A stretch of 64,000 nt of DNA from Takakia lepidozioides (Eukaryota > Plantae > Bryophyta). How positions within the stretch are numbered: the stretch's first letter is position 1; every line of letters begins with the position of its first letter. Where the stretch lies: assembly GCA_030704615.1 (NCBI GenBank), contig CM060733.1:60202001-60266000 (forward strand), read 5' to 3'. A program made the position numbers and the translations under genes. The notes beneath the pieces were generated by a model that was not told the origin of the DNA, searched no databases, and worked only from the letters and a program-made list of their open reading frames with translations. Of this stretch, positions 26,754-37,227 are shown one piece after another.

Positions 26754-29700
26754 TCAAAGAGAATTTGGCGAAGCCCTACGTGAGGTGTCCCGCTGCAAAA
26801 GGGTGATTACTTCTCCGTAGCCTAGTGTGGTTTGGTGAATGAATTGGTCTCTCTTACCCTCGCAACACATAATTACAAGGTATATGTAATATTGATGCTT
26901 GCAGGGGACCCACTTCCCTCTCATGCCGAGAGCGCCCTCACGCATCGTTACAAAATCCGGACAAGTGCACGTAGGGAAATTCCCCACGGTAACCTGATAT
27001 TCTTTGCCATGAAGAACTGAGCCAATAGACAGCACTGTGTAAATCCGTCCATACCCCGGGGCAAGGACTTTGGTGATACGAGTCACCCGAACCTGCAAAA
27101 TTCTAACCGATTCCATCTTGCATTCGTGATCTGCACCCGAAGCGACACGGCGCACTATTTTTCCATCTCTTTTTGTTGGGTGGGAGTTGGCACTGGGTGG
27201 AGGCATTGCCGGAGCATGTGGCACATCTGTGCCGACAGTGCATGAGGGCCCACCCGGGACCGTGCAAGACAGAACCCTCCCTCCTCCAGCATGCTTATCT
27301 CGGTTGATGACAACGACGTCCCAAGTTTCACAGGCCAAATTGCGGGGGGAGGGGGCTTCATTATCACCGAAGGACGAACTGTTCCCTTGACGCATCGTGC
27401 CATATCATCTAGGCAGAACCAGAACTTGTGGTCCTTTGACTCCCCACTATGATAAGGTCGGAACAACCCTGTGAATGTTGGAGCTGGAATCCCCCTGGAG
27501 CCTTTGCATATTTTTGATTTGCATTTCTTGAAAGAGGGGGTCCGAATTGCCATGCAAGCCACTCTAGATCCCGGTGGGGTGCGTTCTATATGCCACTCAC
27601 TATCAATGCAATCAGATTCATGCACCATGGCCACCACCTCCTCCAATGGGATTCCTGCTGTTGTGCTTGCATGATCTGCACCTGCTCCACTGGAGGAGGA
27701 CCCACCTGGGAAGGGGCAGGCACACGACTTAGTCTGCACTGGAGACACCCTTGGTACAGAGAAATTGACCCTGTCCGGCCGATGGGAATCTCCATCCGAC
27801 CCTGGAGGAGTGTTCAATTTCCTTTTGCATGATCCAAATCTTTCCTCGCCTTCCAAATGGGGGAGCCTGGATTGCAAAGGGGAGCCTTCAGTGCACCTGT
27901 TCAGAGCTTTGGCCATCTTCGATGGGTCTCCGGACCTACTCGCAGCCCTTAGCATCAACAAAGTTGTATCAGGGCCCTTGCCTCCGCCCCGTCCCATCAG
28001 AAAATTGCGGTACCTGGTTTGTTGTGTAAGTGCCCGCACCATGTCATCAACAGTGGCCACATACAAGTCACGTCGTGCTTTGGTAGACTGCTGCATCCTG
28101 GCGTTGTGAACAGTCTCCGCCAAATTACAGGATGGCATGTCGGCCAAGTCCTCCAAGGACATGTCTTGCAAGAGGCATTGCATGGAAATGTGAGGAACGA
28201 AAGGAATGGAAGAGGTTTTGCAAGTGACAATCCAACAACCCCAAATGAACAGGCATGATGCAAAGTGAAATTTGTGTTTCTGGGATTGAAGAGGCTTACC
28301 GTCGTCATGAAATCTCCCCACTGTCTGTATCTGAAGTGCCAGAAAACCAACCAGTCCTCCAACTCCTTCAGGTGGATACCAGTAGCAGCACCAGAGGAGA
28401 ACCACCAAGCCCGGATTGCTTGGTAAGTGCTCTCAGCTTCTCCCATTGAGGTGGCATTTTTGTACTTGAGGCAGAGCCTTCTGTGCTCCAACTGAAGGTC
28501 AGGGCAAATGCAGCGCTTTGTATGACGTGCCAAAGATTGACTCCAATAGAAGAGGCATGTGCGCTCCCTATTTTCCATTGGGACCTTAGGATCCCCCGAA
28601 TCAAACACGCGCCACACTACATTGAAATTTGTCTGTGCACTATCAGCCATGAAGCCCGCAAAATTTGTGTTCTGTATTCCATTGTGCTGCATGACGGCCA
28701 GGAGCGAATTCCACATGAGCATCTAGGATTCAGTGTCCTCTGACTGCATATCACTAATTGTTATGGAGAGCACACATTGGTACGTTGGATCGTACACATG
28801 GCACGCCATGGTTGTCCAACCCTTCATCTGTTTGCAGTGATCAAACATTAACCAACATTTTGCCAAATCTCCTCCAGGTTGCATTCGGCGGACAATGCTC
28901 ACACCACTGCTACAATGCCCAACGCAGACCGACCTTCGAAATTTCAATCCAATGTCGTTGTGGATGTTCGACGTTTTTGTCCTGCACCAAGGGTGTTCGT
29001 CATGTTTCTTGTCCATGCCCTGCAAGAGCCCAACTAGTCCACTGGAAGACGTGGGAGGGTTGAGCTCAAACAAGATGTCCCCATCAAACTCTACTGGCAC
29101 GTATTGAACCCGCTGCACACGAAGGGACTCCCAATCAACAAAATGCAGCTCGCTCTTGCACCCAGGCACCCCTGCGAGGGCTTTCAATTTCGGAATGAAG
29201 CTCGTTATCTCCTGCAACTCGTCATCATCCAAGAATGGAGTCTGCATTGGCGGAGGAATCTCAGAAACATCCTCCGAGGACGAGTCTGAAAGAGTCACGA
29301 ATGTAATGGATGTGCTCACCTCTTGTTTCACATGAACTGTGCCCTTCTGCTGCACGACCGATGCTGCAGTGCCAGGGGTAACTACTGATCCTGCTGATTG
29401 TCTTTTGTCTTTTCCAAGGACCCGGTATGTGCCTGGAAGGACTCTCCACTTCCTTCCACACTCGCCAACCAATGGTTTCTCCAAGTGCCCAGAATCCAAA
29501 TTCCCATCCTCGTCATACACCTCTTTTTGAACAAGCAGAGAATCCAATCCCAGAGGGAACACTTTAACCAGCTCATCCTCATGAACAACTGCAAACCCAT
29601 CGTCGTCTGCAGTGCAAGTCAGTGGAAGACTACCTGCATTGGAATGAAATCGAGCGAGTCTATCTCGCTCCCTGGACATGTTTTCGTACACTGACAGAAA
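26754..29700 (-). pseudogene. Mutator-like (MULE) transposase with C-terminal SWIM zinc finger, disrupted
   Basis: WLMFDHCKQMKGWTTMACHVYD...DMQSED, FAGFMADSAQTNFN and TCLFYWSQS (MULE D..D..CxxH-like core); SCNLAETVH (catalytic E region); SWIM YQVTV...CTCPDF...CKH. In-frame TAG at ~28723, a frameshift near 27400 and an intron at ~28298-28165. Confidence 0.82.
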
Positions 29701-30641
29701 GTTACGATTCACAGAGGAATCCCCGAACTGATAGCCCGTAATTCTCGAAAGGGGATCCACCCCAAACAAACTGAGGTCAAAAAGAGTAGCACTGACCCAA
29801 AGACTGCGGGCGATGCATGCAAAGGATGTAGGAATGACATGCACCGAACTTCGCAGACAGCCACACTGAGAGACACCAACCAGAAAAACTGTTTTCTAAG
29901 ACAAGAAGCCACAAGAAGCCGTGCTGTATTTGGATGAAAAACAAACCCTGAACATGACATAAAATCATCCATTATGGAAAGACGGCAACAACCCTGGAGA
30001 GCAGTAAAGGAAGACCCCAAATCTAATGAGGTTGTACTGTGCCAGAAGAGCATAGCACAAACACTGACATTCCGGGAGACACCTCGTATGAGTGTGTGCA
30101 ACACATGACCATTGCCGACACAACCCTTTATACCGAATGACGCCATTGCGACGGTGACGGCGAAATGCAAACCGCAGGGTAGGCAGTACAACACACGTGG
30201 ACGCATATGTGAAGCATAACAATTATTGCGAATCTGCAAGTACTGCTCAAAATTGAACTAGCACTAGATTTCTACGGCACTTCCGAATTTCAAAGAATGC
30301 AAGAAGGCTGCCATGTATTGGCAGGCGGCGAAGTACATCTGACATATATCACAAGTACATGCAACGGATCTACTTTTTTTCCACTACTTTATTTCTTGGA
30401 TAATACAAAGACGCCGAAATGGATGAATTCCGTTCGCACACAATGATGACACCCGCATCCAAATATGGTTAACAATGTCCAATTTTTACTTTGGTTACAT
30501 GCCATAGCAACGCTTGTTGCAAGCGTCAAACTGGAGAGCTCCAGAGGCAGCGTGGGGAGCCCTTGTTTAAACCGGAGGAGGAAGAGAAGGAAGTCGTTAT
30601 ACTTCACGAGCACTAGGGATAGGAATAGAGCCAGATATAGA

Positions 30642-30950
30642 ATGAGGATGGAAAGAGTAGACGAAGAGGAAAAGGAGGAAGAAGAGGGCAAAGAGGAAAG
30701 TCTGGCGATGGAAGAGCAGGAATCTGGAGAAGAACAGCAACCCGCCATACTTCCAAGAACAAGTGAGGAGGAGACTGAATCCGAGGGAGAGACGACCGCC
30801 AAAGATGATATTGATGCTGACCTCTGGAAGAACCAGATAGTGGAAAAGAGGATGGGGGAGATGCTCCAGAACATGCTCGGCGTAGAGAGCAGTCCGAAGC
30901 GCAAAGGGTCTCCGGCGATTGGGGAATCTTCTGAAGCAGCAAAAAAAAAG
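30642..30950 (+). pseudogene. Acidic first exon (copy 1) of an accessory gene divergent from the MULE transposase
   Basis: ATG at 30642; E-rich ORF with SPKRKGSP and KKK; phase-0 donor AAG|GTACAA at 30950. Upstream sequence is homologous to that of copy 2 at 34686. Confidence 0.5.
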
Positions 30951-31049
30951 GTACAATGTTCGAGACCGACCTTTGTGCTTCATTGGTGATGTGAACCCCA
31001 GTTGTGCTTGTATTTTGATATGAAAACCACCTATACACGGCATCTTTGG

Positions 31050-34000
31050 CAGGTTGAATCCACCCCGAATTGGAAGCTCAAACACTGTGCGGCAACGCAC
31101 ACTGTTTGAGCCCCCCATTTTGCTTTTTTTTTAATGTGCAAAACGGCCACATAGGGCCACTATGGCAGGTTGAATCCACCCCAAATTGGAAGCTCAAACA
31201 GTGTGCAGCACCGCACACTGTTTGAGCCCCCCATTTTGCTTGTTTTTTCATGTTCAAAACGGCCACATAGGGCCACTATGGCAGGTTGAATCCACCCCGA
31301 ATTGGAAGCTCAAACAGTGTGCGGCACCGCACACTGTTTCAGCCCCCCATTTTGCTTGTTTTTTCATGTTCAAAACGGCCACATAGGGCCACTATGGCAG
31401 GTTCAATCCACCCCGAATTGGAAGCTCAAACAGTGTGCGGCACCACACACTGTTTGAGCCCCCCATCTTGCTTGTTTTTGTGTTCAAAACGGCCACATAG
31501 GGCCACTATGGCAGGTTCAATCCACCCCGAATTGGAAGCTCAAATAGGGTGCGGCACCGCACACTGTTTGAGCCCCCATTTTGCTTGTTTTTTCATGTTC
31601 AAAACAGCCACATAGGGCCACTATGGCAGGTTCAATCCACCCCGAATTGGAAGCTCAAACAATGTGCGGCACTGCACACTATTTGAGCCCCCCATTTTGC
31701 TTGTTTGTTCATGTTCAAAATGGCCACATAGGGCCACTATGGCAGGTTCAATCCACCCCGAATTGGAAGCTCAAACAGGGTGCGGCACCGCACACTGTTT
31801 GAGCCCCCATTTTGCTTGTTTTTTCATGTTCAAAACAGCCACATAGGGCCACTATGGCAGGTTCAATCCACCCCGAATTGGAAGCTCAAACAATGTGCGG
31901 CACCGCACACTATTTGAGCCCCCCATTTTGCTTGTTTGTTCATGTTCAAAACAGCCACATAGGGCCACTATGGCAGGTTCAATCCACCCCGAATTGAAAG
32001 CTCAAACAGTGTGCGGCACTGCACACTCTTTGAGCCCCCCATTTTGCTTGTTTTTTCATGTTCAAAACGGCCACATAGGGCCACCACTATGGCAGGTTCA
32101 ATCCACCCCGAATTGGAAGCTCAAACAGTGTGCGTCAACGCACACTGTTTGAGCCCCCCTTGGGCCTTGTTTTTTGGTGTGGAAATGGTGCACACAGGGG
32201 CCTCTCTATCTGGTTCAATCCACCCCTAATTCGAAGCTCAAACAGTGTGTGCCAACGCACAATGTTCGAGCCCCCTTTCTCACTGTTTTTTTCATAATAA
32301 AATCGTCCAGACAGGGTCTCTTGAGGTTCAATCAAATTTTTGGTAGCTCCAGCAGTATGCGTCAACTCACACTGTTTGAGCCCAACTTGTCATTGTTTTT
32401 TTCATGTGAAAATCGGCCACATAGGGCCAGTCTTGCAAGTTCAATGCAAACTTACCTGGCAGCTCAAAACAGTGTGCGTCAACGCACACTGTTTGAGCCC
32501 CTTGTCATTTTTTTTCATGTGAAAATCGGCCACATAGGGCTAGTCTGCCAGGTTCAATGCACACTTACCTGGCAGCTTAAACAGTGTGCGTCAACGCACA
32601 CTGTTTGAGCCCACCTTGTCATTGTTTTTTTCAAGTGAAAATCGGCCACATAGGGTCACTCAGGCATGTTCAATCCACCCCGAATTGGAAGCTCAAACAG
32701 TGTGCGGCACCGCACACTGTTTGAGCTCCCAATTTTGCTTGTTTTTTCATGTTCAAACGGCCACATAGGGCCACTCTGGCAGGTTCAATCCACCTCGAAT
32801 TGGAAGCTCAAACAGTGTGCGTCAACGCACACTGTTTGAGCCCCCCTTGTGCCTTGTTTTTTGGGTGTGGAAATGGTGCACACAGGGGCCTCTCTGTCTG
32901 GTTATATCCACCCCTAATTCGAAGCTCAAACAGTGTGCGCCAACGCACACTGTTTGAGCCCCCCTTCTCATTGTTTTTGGAATAATAAAATCGTCCAGAC
33001 AGGGTATCTCTGTGAGGTTCAATGAACAATTTCCTGGCAGCTCAAACAGTGTGCGCCAACGCACACTGTTTGAGCCCCCCTTCTCATTGTTTTTGGAATA
33101 ATAAAATCATCCAGACAGGGTATCTCTGTGAGGTTCAATGAACAATTTCCTGGCAGCTCAAACAGTGTGCGCCAACGCACACTGTTTGAGCCCCCTTCTC
33201 ATTGTTTTTTTCATAATAAAATCGTCCAGACAGGGTAACTCTGTGAGGCTCAATCCACACTAACCTGGCAGCTCAAACAGTGTGCGTCAACGCACACTGT
33301 TTGAGCCCCCCTTGTAATTGTTTCTTGAATGTGAAAATCGTGCACACAGTCGCCTCTCTCTAAGGTTCATTCCACCCCCTTTTGAAGCCAGTGATTGCCA
33401 CTGTTTGAGCCCACACTTGACATTATTTTTTTCATTTAAGAATCGACAAGGTTCAATCATTTTCACACTTACCTGGCAGCCCAAACAGTTGTGTAGCGCC
33501 ACTGTTGAGCCCCCTGATTTGCTGTGTTTACATGAAAATTGTGCACAGGGCCTGGCAGGTTGAATCCACCCGAAAATGGAAGCTCAAATAGTGTGCGGCA
33601 CGCAACCTGTTTTGAGCCCCCTTCACTGACTTTTCTTTTATTTCAAAATCGGCCACTCATGGCTATGCCATGTTAAAAATCACCCTTATTGCAAGCTCAA
33701 ACAGTGTGCGGCAACGCACACCTGTTTGAGCCCCTTGTCTTGCTGCTTGTGTTTTGTTGTGAAAATCGGGCACCTAGGGCCACTCTGGCAGGTTGAAACG
33801 AACCCTTATTGGAAGCTCAAATAGTGTGCGGCAACGCACACTGTTTGAGCCCCCTCTCTGCTTGTTTTTTTTATGTGAAATGGCAAACAGGGCCATGCAT
33901 GCTCTCAAAACACCCATAGTTGGTAGCACGAAGAGTGTGCGACAACGCACACTGTTTGTGCCCCCTTTTTTGGCCCCTCTCTGCCTGTTTTTTTTTGGAA

Positions 34001-34140
34001 AACATAGGAAATATCATGTTTAAAAAACACCACTATTTGGAAGCGGAAACATTGTGCGGCAACGCACAGTATTTTCGACCCCCACACTGCTTGTTTTCTA
34101 ATGAGAAATTGGGCCACATAGGGCCTTCCGTGGATTTCGT
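31050..34140. repeat. Tandem array of ~27 units (~116 bp), each with a 36-bp palindrome GCTCAAACAGTGTGCG-N4-CGCACACTGTTTGAGC
   Basis: Palindrome starts at approximately 31076, 31192, 31308, 31424, 31538, 31653, 31769, 31884, 32000, 32119, 32236, 32346, 32462, 32575, 32691, 32806, 32924, 33040, 33156, 33271, (33386, 33479 degenerate), 33582, 33695, 33815, 33926 and 34043. Confidence 0.97.
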
Positions 34141-34685
34141 TTATCAAATACCTGACAGACAGTTAAAGAGTCCTTGAAGAACAGTTGTTAAAATAGGTGT
34201 GAAGCAGTTATGTGCCTGCCCGCATCCAGTGCAAAAGACGGCTGAGCCGGAAAATCCGGGATACAATGGTTGGAGAAATGTTTTCAGGCACGTGGGCCCA
34301 GACATTGCATTCATAGCCCGGCTGCCAGAATGAGTACAGAACCAATGAGAAGTTCTGAACCGCCGCAATGCGCAAAATCGACTTGCACACGTATGGACAT
34401 CGAACCCAGGGTATGGCCAAACGGACAGAAGAGGTGACGGCGGCCAGCGCCAAATGCACAAATGGTCCTGTGCTACGTGGACAAGTGTGAGGTGAACCCA
34501 TGCATAACCGTCGTGAGCGTTGCCCAGCCGGCATCCCCTCGCACAACGTCTTTGGGCCCTGCACATCCTCATTTTCAAGATGGAGACTAGCCGGAGACTG
34601 AGTTCCCACAGAGAGAGTGGTAGGCGTAGAAGGCAGTCTTTTTTTTTTCACCTCAGCGCGAGAGAGGAAGAGGGCTAGAGAGAGA

Positions 34686-36180
34686 ATGAGAGGCAGCAAG
34701 CTGGATTTGACGCTTCAAGAGATAGCAGAGGAGAGCTCGGCCCTGGAAACACAACAAATGACTATGCAGGACCAGGTGGTCGGGGCTGCCGAAGGAGGGG
34801 ATGAAACACCATCAGAGAGCGACACAGAGGATATGGACACAATGGAGGCCGACGCTATTGCTAAGGAACCCACGCCAAAGGGGAAGAGTGTTGTTGAGAA
34901 GGAGGCGACGCTGAAGAGGAAGCAGGCTGCACAGACGGTCAGTGCCGCTGCATCCAAAGCATCAGGGAGTGCTCCCCCGAAAGTACCACAGGTGATGATT
35001 TTCCTTCCTCTCTTTTGGTGCAGATTGAAGGGCATGGAAATTGCGTGCGCTGACGCACTCAATCCCATGCCCTGGATTCATGTCTTTTCCTCTTCAGAGT
35101 TTAGTGAAGTAGATCAATGTGAGTATTCTGAAAGATACATGAGTGTTTTGATAGTTTTTCCTTTACTCCTTTCTTTTGTTCACTGAACAAAGAAGGGAGG
35201 CTGTGTTTGGAGCAGGACCTTCGAAGCACCTCCAAAAAATTGCATGCGTCAACGCACGCATTTTCTAGAGTTGCTCTGAAAGCCATGTTTTGCACTGAGC
35301 ATCTCTAACTGCACCCATGAACAGAGGGAAATGGGCTGCACATGTCCCTAAGAGACCCCCAAAAATTGCGTGCGTCAACGCACTCAATTTCTGAGGGTGC
35401 TGTGATGGAAATCCAGAGCGAGAAACAGATCTGAATCCCACCAGTTTGTGAGCACAGAAAGATCGTCTTAAATCCATGAGTGACACTTCAGATCACCCAC
35501 CGAAATTGCGTGCGTTGACGCACACAATTTCTGGGGTTGGTGTGAAGGACATTCTCCTGGAGTATGGGTCTTTCATTTCAAGATCAATGCACATGCATAT
35601 CTTCAACTTGAAGAGAGGATGCACAGTCTGTAGAGGCTTTAGAAATGCGTGCGTCAACGCACTCAATATGTGACACTGCTTTTACATGGAGAATGTTTCT
35701 TTTTTATTGCAGGCGAAGAAAAGGTGAGGTGCTCCCCTGGAGCAGGATGAAGATGAAGACCACGAACTTGTTGTTGTTGAGGAGGAAGATGATGGCAGGC
35801 CATACCAGGACAGGGCAAAAGATCTGTTGTCCTTCTCGAAAGTGAACTCAGCCCAAATCATCAAGGCCATGGGCGTTCCTCGGGGAAAATTAATGATCCC
35901 ACTCTGCAGGTTGATCTCCATGCCGTTCGTCCGACCAGCCCTCACGAATGACATTGCAAAGCTGGAACAGGATTTTTGCCATGGGTACATAGAGGGTCAA
36001 TCTGTGTTCTACGTTTCATTGGGCGACGCCAACGGCAGGGAAGTTTTGGTGGACGAGACCATTGTTGGAGGCTGGGATCCAATATGGCGACGCACCAACG
36101 AAGAGTTTGAAACAATTATTTGCAAGAGGCTTGTTACACAGCCTTTCTCAGGCAAGATGTTCCATGTCTGGGATGGCAAC
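34686..36180 (+). pseudogene. Two-exon gene: acidic N-terminus + putative ParB/Srx-like domain, truncated at WDGN
   Basis: Exon 1 34686-34991 (CAG|GTGATG, phase 0). Exon 2 from 35713 (TTGCAG|GCG) is in frame, with one TGA, and continues IPLCRLISMPFVRPALTNDIAKLEQDFCHGY...VFYVS...KMFHVWDGN. The ParB/Srx assignment is inferred from this pattern; the expected HR after DGN is absent. Confidence 0.5.
35038..35670. repeat. Five spaced palindromes AAATTGCGTGCG-N4-CGCAC(T/G/A)CAATTT in the intron
   Basis: Copies at approximately 35038, 35237, 35363, 35503 and 35643; they share the GTGCG-TCAA-CGCAC core with the main array. Confidence 0.9.
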
Positions 36181-37021
36181 CTGGCAACAGGTGTGCGCAC
36201 TACAATTTTGCGAGTATGTCGTGTATTTAGGAGGTTGTGTGCAAAAGTAGTGAATCCTGCAGAGTATAAGGAGTTGAAACATGAAGCAGTTGTTACTCTC
36301 TGTCTAATGGAGAAAGAGTTCCCACCATCATTCTTTGATGTGATGACACATCTACTTGTCCACCTAGTGGACGAGCTCGATTTATGTGGTCCTATGGCAT
36401 CACATTGGATGTACCCCATGGAGCGGGCAATGAAAGAAATGAAGGGGTACGTCCGGAACATGGCATAACCCGAGGGCAACATGGCTCAAGGATACATTTT
36501 TTATGAAGCTCTAGGATTTTGCACGGAGTATATGGTAGGATATGATGGAACCGCACGAAGGGTGTGGGATGCAGATGAGGAAGAATATGTGGCCGGCGTA
36601 GTTTTGGAAGGAGCCGGCAAACCTCGGAAATTGGGTGACTTGCATGCTATTGTACACGATTACATCATTCAAAATCATCCAAGCATATCCGATATGTTGA
36701 AGTAAGTCCACACCCTTTCAGATCTGAACATGATATGTTGAAGTAAGTCCATACCCTTTCAGATCTGAATATTTTGTTGATTTGATCTTTTTGTACTGCC
36801 CCATGCTTAGTCTGTGTTGGCTAAATAGCCTCGACATTTTGTGCCAGGAAATATGAAGAGGAGTCCACACAAATGGATGATTGTCCTTCATTTGCTGCTT
36901 GGCTGCCAAATGCTGTACGGGAACATCTATCTGGAATTCAAGAACATGTGCTTGAAGATGGCGTACGACAAGAATTACTCGATCTTTCAAGACCCCCATC
37001 ATATTATGCCTTGACATACAA
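36175..37021 (+). pseudogene. CACTA transposase C-terminal part (DUF4218 region)
   Basis: TLCLMEKEFPPSFFDVMTHLLVHLVDELDLCGPMASHWMYPMERAMKEMKGYVRN...PEGNMAQGYIFYEALGFC; interrupted at 37021 by a gypsy LTR. Confidence 0.93.
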
Positions 37022-37227
37022 TGTCGCGCACCTCACTTCGGTAAGCTCCCCCTCAAGTCATAGCTACTCGCTTTGATGCGCGCGCCTAACTCCCAACCTG
37101 GCCGCCGGGCCAACTTGGAGCTTCGGCTGCTCACCGGGGCATAACGGTCCCCCTTCGTACTCCCAATGAACCCTCCACCGATTTGGAACCAGCGGGAATT
37201 CCCTTTGGTAGTTGGCAATCCGGAACA
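37022..37227 (-). repeat. ~206 bp 3' LTR of the gypsy element
   Basis: TG...CA bounded (plus strand TGTCGCG...GGAACA); the minus-strand PPT AAAGAGTGGGGAGC lies immediately before it; the CACTA ORF stops at its other edge. Confidence 0.7.

Noticed and set aside
31050-34140. CRISPR array (36-bp palindromic repeat with variable spacers)
   Set aside because: The spacers are ~80 bp, homologous to one another and often near-identical; there are no cas genes and the context is a eukaryotic transposon.
31078-34177. Many short ORFs in the array, including apparent Cys/His-rich repeats
   Set aside because: Artefacts of a ~116 bp period that is not a multiple of 3; no consistent reading frame.
35827-36468. 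A single natural 213-aa protein
   Set aside because: It is a rearrangement chimera of two unrelated genes, and it is flanked by in-frame stops.
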